A DNA stretch of 26,040 nucleotides from Candidatus Sumerlaeia bacterium (GTDB lineage Bacteria; Sumerlaeota; Sumerlaeia; SLMS01): NCBI GenBank assembly GCA_038208905.1, contig JBBQYG010000046.1, forward strand, positions 1 to 26,040, written 5' to 3'. Shown piece by piece: positions 8,859 through 17,961 of this stretch. Made by a program: the position numbers and the translations under genes. Position 1 is the stretch's first letter. Each line of letters starts with the position of its first letter. The notes beneath the pieces are model-generated. The model worked only from the letters and a program-made list of their open reading frames with translations. It was not told the origin of the DNA and searched no databases.

Positions 8859-10154
8859 ATGCCGCTCTATGTTGTTGTTCCCTTTGCCTGTTTACTGATC
8901 CTTATCGCCACGGGGCCGCTGTTCTTCGCCCGTTTCTGGGAACGCCACTATCCCAAGATATCCATCGGGCTGGGCGCCGTTGTGGCCATCTGGCTGCTGG
9001 TTGCCTTGCGGGAGGATCACCGCGGCGCGCGGATGCTCACGGCGTCGGCGGTGGAGTATTTCAGCTTCATCGCCTTGATCGGCTCGCTCTTCACGGTGTC
9101 CGGCGGAGTGCTGATTCGGATGCATAGGCGGCCATCCGCGCTCGGCAACGTGGCGATTCTGCTCTTCGGGTCGGTGCTGGCGGGCTTCGTCGGGACAACG
9201 GGTGCCTCGATGCTGCTGATCCGCCCGTTCCTGCGCTTCAACAAGCATCGGCTGCGGCCATATCTGGTCGTCTTTTTCATTTTCACCGTCAGCAATGTGG
9301 GCGGCGCGCTGACGCCGATCGGCGACCCGCCGCTCTTTCTGGGATACCTGCACGGCGTGCCGTTCTTCTGGATGCTGCAGCATGGCTTTGCGCCGTGGCT
9401 GTTTACGCTGGCGGCGATCCTGATCGTGTTCTTTTTCGTGGATCGACGACACCCCCACGCCCCAGACACGGTGTCCGACGAGGGAATCTCGATCCGGGGC
9501 ATCGAGCAGTTCGTATTTCTGGCCATCATCCTTGGCCTGATGCTTGTCCAGAAGGCCGACGTATTCAGGTCCCTCGACAACCAGGTGGTGATGGTGGCCT
9601 CCGCCGCCCTGATGATCGCTGCCGCATGGCTATCGCATCGATTCGCCAACCGCCGAATTCTGGAGGAGAACCAATTCGGCTTTGGCCCGCTGAAGGAAGT
9701 CGCGATCCTGTTCGGTGGAATCTTCCTCACGATGGCGCCGGCACTGCACTACCTGGGCGAAAAGGCGCCCGCGCTGGGCATCTCGGAACCCTGGCAGTTC
9801 TATCTGGCGAGCGGATCGCTCTCCAGCGTGCTGGACAATGCGCCAACCTACCTGACGTTCCTGAGCGTGGCACTCGGCCTGCAAGGGATCCAACTCGATT
9901 CTCCCGACGCCGTCGCCACCTTCCTGGCAGGCACCGGCTCCGCCGCCCAGTTGCTCGCAATATCGCTTGGGTCGGTGTTCTGGGGCGCGATGACCTACAT
10001 CGGCAACGGGCCCAACTTCATGGTCAAGAACATCGCCGACGGCCTCGGGGTAAAGACGCCGTCCTTCATCGAGTACGTGGTCAAGTACTCGATCCCCGTC
10101 CTGCTGCCGATTCTGCTGGCGACGATGGCGTTGATGGAAATGGGGATTCTGTAG
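8859..10154 (+). CDS. IT-superfamily membrane transporter (putative sodium:proton antiporter / CitMHS-like)
   Basis: Many hydrophobic helices; GTTGASMLLIRP, NVGGALTPIGDPPLFLGYL, SSVLDNAPTY, GAMTYIGNGPNFMVK; start at ATG 8859 (MPLY). Confidence 0.85.
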   Translation: MPLYVVVPFACLLILIATGPLFFARFWERHYPKISIGLGAVVAIWLLVALREDHRGARMLTASAVEYFSFIALIGSLFTVSGGVLIRMHRRPSALGNVAILLFGSVLAGFVGTTGASMLLIRPFLRFNKHRLRPYLVVFFIFTVSNVGGALTPIGDPPLFLGYLHGVPFFWMLQHGFAPWLFTLAAILIVFFFVDRRHPHAPDTVSDEGISIRGIEQFVFLAIILGLMLVQKADVFRSLDNQVVMVASAALMIAAAWLSHRFANRRILEENQFGFGPLKEVAILFGGIFLTMAPALHYLGEKAPALGISEPWQFYLASGSLSSVLDNAPTYLTFLSVALGLQGIQLDSPDAVATFLAGTGSAAQLLAISLGSVFWGAMTYIGNGPNFMVKNIADGLGVKTPSFIEYVVKYSIPVLLPILLATMALMEMGIL

Positions 10155-10165
10155 CTGCTCCCACG

Positions 10166-13100
10166 CTAGTTCGCGAAGTACTTGTCCACCAGCGCGTTCG
10201 CCGTCCGCGCCGACAGTTCGTCGTTGCAGAGTTCGTGCTGGGTCATGAGCTGGTTGAAAGCGCCCTTGAGTTCGCGCACGTTCCAGTTCACGCGCTCGGC
10301 GATGACGGCGACAGCCTCGTTGGGGACGTCGATGCGGCGGCGCTGGGCCTCGGCGCGGAGGATCGCCATGCGCGTCTCCAGGTCGGGGGGCTGGATGTCC
10401 ACGATCACCCCCTGGCCAAAGCGCGAGCGGATGCGCATGTCCAGGTGGGCGATGTCCTTGGGCGGGCGGTCGCTGGTCACAACGATCTGGTGGCCGTCCT
10501 GGTGGAGGATGTTGAAGATGTGGAAGAACTCCTCCTGGCTGCGCTCCTTGCCGGCCAGGAATTGCACGTCGTCCAGCAGCAACACATCCGACTGGCGGTG
10601 GCGGTTGCGGAAGGCGGTGATGGTGTTGTTCTGTATCGCGTCGATCAAGGCACTGGTGAAGTATTCCGTGCTGGTGTAGAAGATGCGGATGCTGGGGCGC
10701 TTGGCCTTGAGGGCGTTGGCGATGGCGTGGAGCAGGTGGGTCTTGCCGAGGCCGACCTCCGAGTAGAGGAAGAGCGGGTTGTGGGCCTTGCCCGGCAGGT
10801 CGGCGACGGCCTTGGCGGTGGCGTAGGCGAAGTTGTTCTTACTGCCGACGATGTAGTTGTCGAAGACGTATTCGGGCATGAGGGAGAGCCCGGGAAAGGT
10901 GTCCTCTTCCTCCTCCGCCGGGCGCGACGCGGAAGACGGTGGCGGCGCCAGCATCTGGACGCCGCCGCGCGTGCCGGTACCAGTGCCGGAGGAGAGGTAT
11001 CGATGCATCTCGCGATACTCGGCCAGCGCGCGCTTCTCGTCTCCCATGCCGTCGTAGATGGACGCGCGAAGCCGCCGCGCTGCCAGATTGCCGGGATGTT
11101 CCTTCAGGAGTTCCTCGAGCACGGCGTGGGCGCGCTGGGGCTGGCCAACGCGGGAGAGAACCTCGGCCACGACCAGGCGCTCCTCGTTCGCTTCGGCATG
11201 CATCCCATCGGAGTCGAGTGCCTCGATCAGGACCTGGCGCTGCTCGGGGTCGTCGGGGGTGATGGCGGCGGCCTCGCGAAGCGCGGCAAGGGAGGCGGCG
11301 GAGTCGCCGGTCCCGCGCAGCACCTCGGCGATGGCGTTCAGCTCGCGCGCGGCGTCGGCAAAGCGCTGGGCGTGGCGCAGCAAATCCACGGCGGAGCGGC
11401 GGACGGCAATGTTGCCGGGGTCCTCCGCTGCGAGGCCGCGGATGAGTTCCAGCGCCTCGTCGCGGCGGCCACGCTCGGCCAGCATCCCGGCCAAGTGGCG
11501 GGAGCGGCGGCGCGCGGCCTCCACCTTGCCCGTGGCGCGGAGCATCGTGGAGAATGCGCGGAGAGCCTCCTCGTGGTCGGGCTCCTCCTGCAGAATCTGC
11601 TCGTAGACTTCCTCGGCGCGCTCGGGGGCTTTCTCGTCCTCGTGGTGCTTGGCGAGAAGGAGGAGCTGTGTCGCGGCGTCGCGCGTCTTGCCCGCCGCGC
11701 GGTACAGCTCCACCAGGCGCCCGCGGGCGATGGTGTTGTCGGGGGTCGCGCCCAGCAGTTCGCGATAGAGATCGACCAGGCGGTCCTTTTCCTGGCGCGC
11801 CTCCAGCACCTCGATGGCGGCCTGCAATTCCGCAGCATAGGCGACCGGATCTCCACTGGCCTTGAGGAGTTCTGCCAGGCGGAGGCGGGCTTCCACCTCC
11901 TGAGGCCACGCATCGGCCACGCGGCGCATGGCGGCGATGGCGCGCTGGGGGTTCTTGGAGAGGGCCTGGGCAAGGCGCTCGCAGAGCGGATGAAGCTCCC
12001 CGGCGTTGCGCTCGAGCGCCGCCATTTCGGCCATGCGCTCCAGAGCGTCGGAATTCGCAGGATCCACCTTCAGGATTTCGGCGAGGACGGCCTTCTCCTC
12101 GGCGGGCTTGTTCTCCGCGCGGAGGGCCTGGGCGAGGCGCATGCGGACGGCGCGCTGCTCGGCGGGCTTTGCGAGGCGGCCATAGAGGTCGGAGAGCGTC
12201 CTGAGGATCGGCGTGTGGCCGGGGCGCTGCTCCGCCACCATGTTCGCGCGGGAAAGGGCTCCCTTGAAGTTGGCGCTGACAATCAGGAGTTCGATCTGGT
12301 GCTCGGAGGCGATCAGGAAGTTGTCCATGTCACCCGACGCGAGGAGCGCGTCGCAGAGCGCCTCCACCACGGGGAGATCGGTGGGGAACTCGTGGGCGAC
12401 CTCGTCGAGGAGCGCCGCCGCGCGGGCGTGCTCGCGGTGCTTGGCCATCATGGACGCCAGCTCCAGAAAGGCAACGCGGGCATCGTTGCGGCGCCCGAGG
12501 CGGAGGAGGAGCCGGGCCTGTTCCTCGCGGACGGCGAGGTCGTTGGAATCGCGGGCGACCAGTGTGCCGAGCCAGTGCTCCAACTCGGCCTGGCGCCCGA
12601 TCGCGGAGAGCGTCGCCTGGGCCTCCGCGCGAAGCGCGGCGCAGCCAGGGAGGTCGCCGCGCGATGCAAGCAGCGCGTGGAGGGCGGTGATCGAGGGGAG
12701 GTGGGAGGGATCGCGCTCCAGATGGGCGCGCAAGAGCGGCTCCTGGCGCGTGGACTCCCCCGCCGCGCGCAGGTCGGCGAGGAGGGTCTCCATGCGCACC
12801 TCGGATTCCTCCACGCGCCCGGTGGCCCACAGGAGTTCCACCTCGCGCTCGCGGTCGCCCCACTCGGTGGGCGCCAGCTCGCAGATTTTCTGCACCGCGG
12901 CAAGGGCCGCGCCTTCCTCGAATTCTTCCAGATAGAGGTCGATGGCCTCGCGCAGGAGCACCACGGCCTGCGCCGTGTTTCCCGCTGCCGCGCGGACCTG
13001 TGCCAGCGAGTCCACGGCGCGGCCGGTCCGCGGTCCCGTGTCGAGCCGCTCGTTCAGGATCGCCGTCGCCGCGGCAAGGTCGCCCTTTTCGCAATACAGG

Positions 13101-14299
13101 TCGGAGAGCCGATAGCTGAGTTCGGTGGCGACCTCCTCCTGGCCGAGCTTGGTCTGAATGCGGATGAGAAGTCCCAGGATCGCCGTGTCGGACGGGCGTT
13201 CCCCCACCAGATAGCTCAGCGCCTCCGCGGCCTTTTCCAAACGCCCGGCGGTGGTCATCTCCTCGACCATGTTGAGGCAGTGCTTGAGGTCCTCGGCGGT
13301 GAGGCCGGCGAGGATCGCCAGCTCGATGACCTGAATCCGGGTGTCGTCGTCGCCGCCGTTGATGCGCAGCTTGCGGGCGGCTTCCTTGCTGGCCTCCTGA
13401 TAGCGGCCCTTGGCCTTGAGCCAATCGACGCGGGTCTGGATTTCCTTGCGAGCCTCGTCGCGCAGGCCGCGCTTGAGCATCAGGTCCACCAGCCGCTTGT
13501 GGGCGCCCAGATGATCGCCGCTGACGGAGCGGGCGCGGCGCAGGGCGTCGATGGCCTCGTTTTCCTGCGATGACTCAAGGGCGATATCGGCGGAGCGCAG
13601 CCACTCCGCGATGGACTCGTCTGGGCGGCCGCCAAGGCGGAGGATCTCGGCGAGCTCACGGCGGATCGCTGTGTCGTTCGGCGAGGCGCCCAGATACTCG
13701 CGCGCAACCTCCGCCGCGGCGGCGTAGTCGCGCTCGCGCTTTTCGATCTCCACGAGCCGCCGGACGGCGAGGGCCAGGGTCAGCGGATTGCGCTCGATCA
13801 GGCGGATGCGCAGGATGCCGCGCAGGGCGTCGCGATTTTCGGGCTCGGTGCGCAGAATGCGGAGATAGCGCTTCTCCGCCTCCGACAGCTTCACCTGCCG
13901 GGCGGGACCGGGGGCCTCCGCGTCGCGGAGGAACGTCTCCGCCTCCGTCAGCAGCACCACGCCGTCGCTGCTGCCGGTGTCGCCGACGAGGTGGATGCCG
14001 AACTCCTCCGCCAGATCGGTCGCCGCCTGGTCAAGACTCGTCGCGCGCGCCCGCGCCACCAGATCCAGCAAGTTCCCCATCTGGGTCGGCATGTGGGGCG
14101 GCTCCGACTTGAAGTACTTCGTCTTCAAGTCGATCGTCAGAAAGCGGTCGGTCAGGTCCTGGCAGAGCGGGCAATAGGCGTGCACCGTGTCGCCATCGCG
14201 CTGGATGGACTCGGGGTGATAATCGAGGAACTCGAGCACGTCGAGAGCGTCGAGATTCTCGATCAGCCGGTGCAGTTCGTCTTCCGAATACTTGCCCAT
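10166..14299 (-). CDS. fusion protein: DnaG zinc-binding-like domain + TPR-like repeats + DnaA AAA+ domain (no domain IV)
   Basis: aa ~1-104 follow the zf-CHC2 pattern (YCPLC...GNLLDLV...SLDQAATDLAEEFGI); aa ~110-1100 TPR-like helical repeats; aa ~1140-1377 DnaA domain III (YVFDNYIVG, NPLFLYSEVGLGKTHLL, LLLDDVQF, QEEFFHIFN, TSDRPP, RSRF, PPDLETRMAIL, NVREL); stops before the helix-turn-helix. Confidence 0.88.
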   Translation of the reverse strand: MGKYSEDELHRLIENLDALDVLEFLDYHPESIQRDGDTVHAYCPLCQDLTDRFLTIDLKTKYFKSEPPHMPTQMGNLLDLVARARATSLDQAATDLAEEFGIHLVGDTGSSDGVVLLTEAETFLRDAEAPGPARQVKLSEAEKRYLRILRTEPENRDALRGILRIRLIERNPLTLALAVRRLVEIEKRERDYAAAAEVAREYLGASPNDTAIRRELAEILRLGGRPDESIAEWLRSADIALESSQENEAIDALRRARSVSGDHLGAHKRLVDLMLKRGLRDEARKEIQTRVDWLKAKGRYQEASKEAARKLRINGGDDDTRIQVIELAILAGLTAEDLKHCLNMVEEMTTAGRLEKAAEALSYLVGERPSDTAILGLLIRIQTKLGQEEVATELSYRLSDLYCEKGDLAAATAILNERLDTGPRTGRAVDSLAQVRAAAGNTAQAVVLLREAIDLYLEEFEEGAALAAVQKICELAPTEWGDREREVELLWATGRVEESEVRMETLLADLRAAGESTRQEPLLRAHLERDPSHLPSITALHALLASRGDLPGCAALRAEAQATLSAIGRQAELEHWLGTLVARDSNDLAVREEQARLLLRLGRRNDARVAFLELASMMAKHREHARAAALLDEVAHEFPTDLPVVEALCDALLASGDMDNFLIASEHQIELLIVSANFKGALSRANMVAEQRPGHTPILRTLSDLYGRLAKPAEQRAVRMRLAQALRAENKPAEEKAVLAEILKVDPANSDALERMAEMAALERNAGELHPLCERLAQALSKNPQRAIAAMRRVADAWPQEVEARLRLAELLKASGDPVAYAAELQAAIEVLEARQEKDRLVDLYRELLGATPDNTIARGRLVELYRAAGKTRDAATQLLLLAKHHEDEKAPERAEEVYEQILQEEPDHEEALRAFSTMLRATGKVEAARRRSRHLAGMLAERGRRDEALELIRGLAAEDPGNIAVRRSAVDLLRHAQRFADAARELNAIAEVLRGTGDSAASLAALREAAAITPDDPEQRQVLIEALDSDGMHAEANEERLVVAEVLSRVGQPQRAHAVLEELLKEHPGNLAARRLRASIYDGMGDEKRALAEYREMHRYLSSGTGTGTRGGVQMLAPPPSSASRPAEEEEDTFPGLSLMPEYVFDNYIVGSKNNFAYATAKAVADLPGKAHNPLFLYSEVGLGKTHLLHAIANALKAKRPSIRIFYTSTEYFTSALIDAIQNNTITAFRNRHRQSDVLLLDDVQFLAGKERSQEEFFHIFNILHQDGHQIVVTSDRPPKDIAHLDMRIRSRFGQGVIVDIQPPDLETRMAILRAEAQRRRIDVPNEAVAVIAERVNWNVRELKGAFNQLMTQHELCNDELSARTANALVDKYFAN

Positions 14300-14357
14300 G
14301 GCCTCAATGGCGGGATCCTCACCTCAAGCGGCAAGGCCCCGGGGTCGTTTGGGGGAC

Positions 14358-14407
14358 TTATCCAGATACCTGAAGCCATGAAACTCCGGCGGCAAAGACG
14401 GTGTCAA
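14358..14407 (-). promoter_or_regulatory. putative sigma70 promoter with adjacent DnaA-box-like 9-mer
   Basis: Minus strand TTGACA (14402-14407)-N18-TTTCAT (14378-14383); TTATCCAGA on + at 14358-14366, one mismatch to TTATCCACA. Confidence 0.4.
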
Positions 14408-14757
14408 GAACGGCGCGCCCCGGGGGTCGGGGGGAAATGCGTGGCAATCGGGTGAAGGGATGGACGATGGGGGGAAATTGGGTGCTAAATGCGGTTTGGA
14501 ACGGGGGAGTGGGGCGATCCCGGACAAGAAGCCCACCCCGTCCTCGGCCCTTCCGGATCGCCGCTCGGACTGTCCACCCACGAAATCGCTTGGATTGCAC
14601 CAAGCGGCGGGTACCCGGCGCCCCGATTTTCGTTGGCATAGGACCGCCGCCCCTGACACGGTCGGTTTATTGAGCCGAACCGGCCCGCCCGCGGCGCCGG
14701 GGAGTCTGCGATCCCGCCCCCCCGGGGGGCCCTTTGGAGAGAATTCCCGTGTCCGTC

Positions 14758-16017
14758 ATGACGAGCCCCATGCCGATCAGCGCGCGTTCGCGCCGCACCA
14801 CCGATTCGCCGATCTCCTGGCTGATGAAGCTGGCGATCGACGATCCCAAGATCATTTCGCTGGCCGCGGGATTCGTGGATACGCAGGTCCTGCCTGAGGA
14901 TCTCCTGCGCGAAGCGGTGGCCAAGGTTTTCGCGACGCCGGAGTCGGGGAAGTCGGCGCTCCAGTATGGCGGCACGTCGGGGCTGAAGGAGCTTCGGCGG
15001 GAGGTGGCCAAGTCCCTTGAATCACAGGGGCTTTCCAACGTGGATCCCGAGTTGATCTGCATCTCCAACGGTGGCCAGCAGGCCCTCTATACCGTGACCG
15101 AGGTGATGGCGGATCCCGGTGACATCGTGCTGGTGGAGGACCCGACCTATTTCGTGTACATGGACGTGCTGCGCTCGGCGGGGATTCGCGTGCTGGGCGT
15201 GACGACCGACGACGAGGGGATGATCCCCGAGGCGCTGGAGCGCCGGCTGGAGGAGCTGCGCGAGTCGGGCCAGCGCGCGCGCCTCAAGATCCTCTACATC
15301 ATGAGCTATTTTTCCAATCCGAAGGGCTGCAACATGTCGCAGGAGCGGCGCGGGCGGCTGTTCGAGATCTATCGCCGCGAGGTCGAGCGCGAGGGGTCGT
15401 TCCTGCTGCTGGAGGACGCCTGTTACCGCGACCTGGCGTTGCAGGGCACACCGGAGCCGTACATGAAGTCGCTGGATCCCGAGAACGAGTTCATCTTTCT
15501 TTCAGGCACGTTCAGCAAGGCTTTCGCCCCGGGCCTGCGCCTTGGGTGGAGCTACATGCCCCCGGCGATCCACCGCGAGCTGTGCCGGCTGAAGGGGAAC
15601 CAGGACTTCGGTTCCTCCAACATGAACCAGCGCATCATGGCGGAGTTGCTGAAGTCGGGCGCCTATGACGTGGCGGCGGACCGCTTCCGCGCCCGCTACC
15701 TCCAGAAGCGCGACGCACTCGTCCGCGCGATCGAGGAATTCTGGCCTTCGGACATCGATATCCTGCATCCCAAGGGCGGCCTGTATGTGTGGGCGCGGCT
15801 TCCCGGCATCAATACCGATCCGGGTTCGCCGTTCTTCGAGGCCGTCACGGCGGAGAAAGTCCTTTATGTTCCCGGCTTCTATTGCTTCTGCGACGAAACA
15901 CAGGAGCCGAAGCCGACGGACACGATGCGGCTGTGCTACAGCTATGTGGACTTCGAGCCGATGCGCGAGGGCGTCCGCCGCATGGGACGCGTGATCGAGC
16001 GGATGCGGGGAAGCTGA
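14758..16017 (+). CDS. PLP-dependent aminotransferase class I/II (LysN/Aro8-like)
   Basis: ISLAAG, ALQYG, NGGQQAL, VEDPTY, FSNPKG, EDACY, GTFSKAFAPGLRLGW (PLP lysine), PKGGLYVW, MRLCYS; the start could also be GTG 14749. Confidence 0.9.
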   Translation: MTSPMPISARSRRTTDSPISWLMKLAIDDPKIISLAAGFVDTQVLPEDLLREAVAKVFATPESGKSALQYGGTSGLKELRREVAKSLESQGLSNVDPELICISNGGQQALYTVTEVMADPGDIVLVEDPTYFVYMDVLRSAGIRVLGVTTDDEGMIPEALERRLEELRESGQRARLKILYIMSYFSNPKGCNMSQERRGRLFEIYRREVEREGSFLLLEDACYRDLALQGTPEPYMKSLDPENEFIFLSGTFSKAFAPGLRLGWSYMPPAIHRELCRLKGNQDFGSSNMNQRIMAELLKSGAYDVAADRFRARYLQKRDALVRAIEEFWPSDIDILHPKGGLYVWARLPGINTDPGSPFFEAVTAEKVLYVPGFYCFCDETQEPKPTDTMRLCYSYVDFEPMREGVRRMGRVIERMRGS

Positions 16018-16034
16018 CGTAACCTCGGGGGCGC

Positions 16035-16823
16035 ATGGATCGCATTTTCAACATCTTCGCCGGAATCGGTGCCGACGACGCCCTCGATATCCTGGCCGTT
16101 TCGCTCATTTTCCTGGCGGCCTTCAGCCTCCTGCGGGAGTCGCGATCCTTTACAGCGCTCCGCGGGCTGGTGGCGGTTATCCTCACGGGTGTCCTCCTGT
16201 GGATTGTCTCCACGATGGGAAACCTGACGGCGACGCGGGCGCTGCTGGAGAAGTCGCTGACCCTGATCGTCATTACCTTCGTGATCCTTTTCCAGAATGA
16301 GTTGAAGAAGGCGCTGACGGACTTCGGCCAGACGTCCTTCTTCCGCCCGTTCCTGCAGGCGACCCAGTTCGAGGCCGACGAGATCGTGAAGGCCGTGATG
16401 CGCATGGCGGAGCGCAAGGTGGGCGCGCTGATCGCCATCGAGCGCCGCAACAGCCTAAAGCCCTATATCGAGGTTGGCACGAGCATCGACTCGGAGGTGA
16501 GCGCGGAGCTGCTGCGCACGATCTTCCAGCTCGGGACGCCGCTGCACGATGGCGCGGTAATCATCAGGAACAATCGCATCGCGGCGGCGGCGTGCCTGTT
16601 CCCGCTGTCGGAAAGCCCGCGCCTTTCCAAGGACCTTGGGACCCGCCACCGCGCGGGGATCGGCCTGACGGAGGAGACCGACGCCGTGACGATCATGTGC
16701 TCCGAGGAGACGGGGATCGTCTCCATCGCCTACGAGGGGCGGCTGGAGCGCAACGAGACGGCGGATTCGCTTCGCGCCAAGCTGAAGATGCTCTTCGAAT
16801 CGCAGGAGGAGTCCGATGTTTAG
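16035..16823 (+). CDS. cdaA: diadenylate cyclase CdaA/DacA
   Basis: Three N-terminal hydrophobic helices; GALIAIER, PLHDGA (DGA motif), GTRHRAGIG (RHR motif), SEETG. Confidence 0.95.
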   Translation: MDRIFNIFAGIGADDALDILAVSLIFLAAFSLLRESRSFTALRGLVAVILTGVLLWIVSTMGNLTATRALLEKSLTLIVITFVILFQNELKKALTDFGQTSFFRPFLQATQFEADEIVKAVMRMAERKVGALIAIERRNSLKPYIEVGTSIDSEVSAELLRTIFQLGTPLHDGAVIIRNNRIAAAACLFPLSESPRLSKDLGTRHRAGIGLTEETDAVTIMCSEETGIVSIAYEGRLERNETADSLRAKLKMLFESQEESDV

Positions 16824-17913
16824 CGGGCAGTCGGCGCCACGCAGCGGGCTGGAGCGGCTCTTGATGGTCCTTGCCGCGCTGTGCTGTGGCACGGGGGTGT
16901 GGCTGGTTGTGCAGATGATCCAGCGCAGCGAGAGCACCCTGGAAGTTCAGGTGGAATCGATGGGGGCCGTCGACACGCGCATCGAAATGGAGCTTGGGCG
17001 GCGGGTGGTTCCCGTGCGATTTTCGTTTCCCTCCACCGAGCTAAACAAGATGAGTTCGGAGAATTTTCGGATTCGCTTCCCCTTTAGCCAGATCCGCGAC
17101 GCCCTGGGCGACAAGCTGGAGGCGAACGGACTTCTGCCGCTTTCCAAGGACATGGTGGTGCCGCTGAATCAGGCGGCGATGGACCTGAGCCGGAACAACA
17201 TCAGCGTGGTGGAGATCCTGGTGCCTCAGGTGAGCTGGACGGCGCGGCTGCGCTATATCCCCGCCCAGATTCGCCCCCGCCTGCAAGGGACGGCGAAGGA
17301 GGGCTTCACCTATGACCCATCGAGCGCGGAGATCGAGGAGTTTGGCGACACCATCGCCGTTCTGACGGAGGAGCGCGAGCGCGAGTACCGCGAGCAGGGC
17401 CTGACGCTGCTGGTCATCCAGACGCTTCCGCTGGACGTGGCGGGGCGTTCGGGTGTGATCCGCGAGGCCGTGGGAGTTGACTTGCCGGAGGGGGTGACCC
17501 TGCTCCCCAACGACCCGGCGCGCCGGACCGTCGTGGTCGAGATCGTGGAGCAGTCGATCACCCGCGTCGTCCGCGATGTGCCTGTGGTCTATACGCCGGT
17601 GACGGCGACGCTGAGGGCCCAGATCATGCCCGACCGCGTGGACGTGGTTCTTCAGGGCCCCGCAAGCGCGGTGAATGCCATCGGGCCCGGAGACATCGTG
17701 TTCAGCTTTCTGGACGTGAGCGAGCGCTCTGGCGAGCGCCGCGAGGTGGCCTTGGTCGCGAGACCCAAGGACGACGCGATCGCGGAGCGCATCCCGAGCA
17801 TCGAGACCCTCCCGCGCAGCGTGACCATCCTGTTCACCGACCTCGCCACCCCGGCGCCGCCCGAACCCGCGCCATCGCCGGCGCTCAAGGTGGATGACCA
17901 GCCGACCAGTTAG
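16816..17913 (+). CDS. cdaR: CdaR/YbbR-like diadenylate cyclase regulator
   Basis: Overlaps the cdaA stop; single N-terminal membrane anchor followed by Val-rich beta repeats (PDRVDVVLQGP, PRSVTI). Confidence 0.75.
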   Translation: MFSGQSAPRSGLERLLMVLAALCCGTGVWLVVQMIQRSESTLEVQVESMGAVDTRIEMELGRRVVPVRFSFPSTELNKMSSENFRIRFPFSQIRDALGDKLEANGLLPLSKDMVVPLNQAAMDLSRNNISVVEILVPQVSWTARLRYIPAQIRPRLQGTAKEGFTYDPSSAEIEEFGDTIAVLTEEREREYREQGLTLLVIQTLPLDVAGRSGVIREAVGVDLPEGVTLLPNDPARRTVVVEIVEQSITRVVRDVPVVYTPVTATLRAQIMPDRVDVVLQGPASAVNAIGPGDIVFSFLDVSERSGERREVALVARPKDDAIAERIPSIETLPRSVTILFTDLATPAPPEPAPSPALKVDDQPTS

Positions 17914-17961
17914 CGCCCGCCGACGAATCGTCTTCCGCCCTTCATCCCCCCCGGAGTCATC

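Noticed and set aside
9395-13573. 1392-aa plus-strand ORF
   Set aside because: Antisense shadow of the TPR-DnaA gene and out-of-frame overlap with the transporter; no recognisable motifs; such ORFs are expected at high GC
10166-14299. Calling this gene canonical dnaA or hda
   Set aside because: No domain I or IV, no dnaN/recF/gyrB neighbours, no clamp-binding motif seen, and far too long
14300-14757. oriC or a structured ncRNA in the 458-bp divergent intergenic region
   Set aside because: Only one near-consensus DnaA box, no AT-rich unwinding element, and no RNA family I can recognise; an Rfam search would be needed
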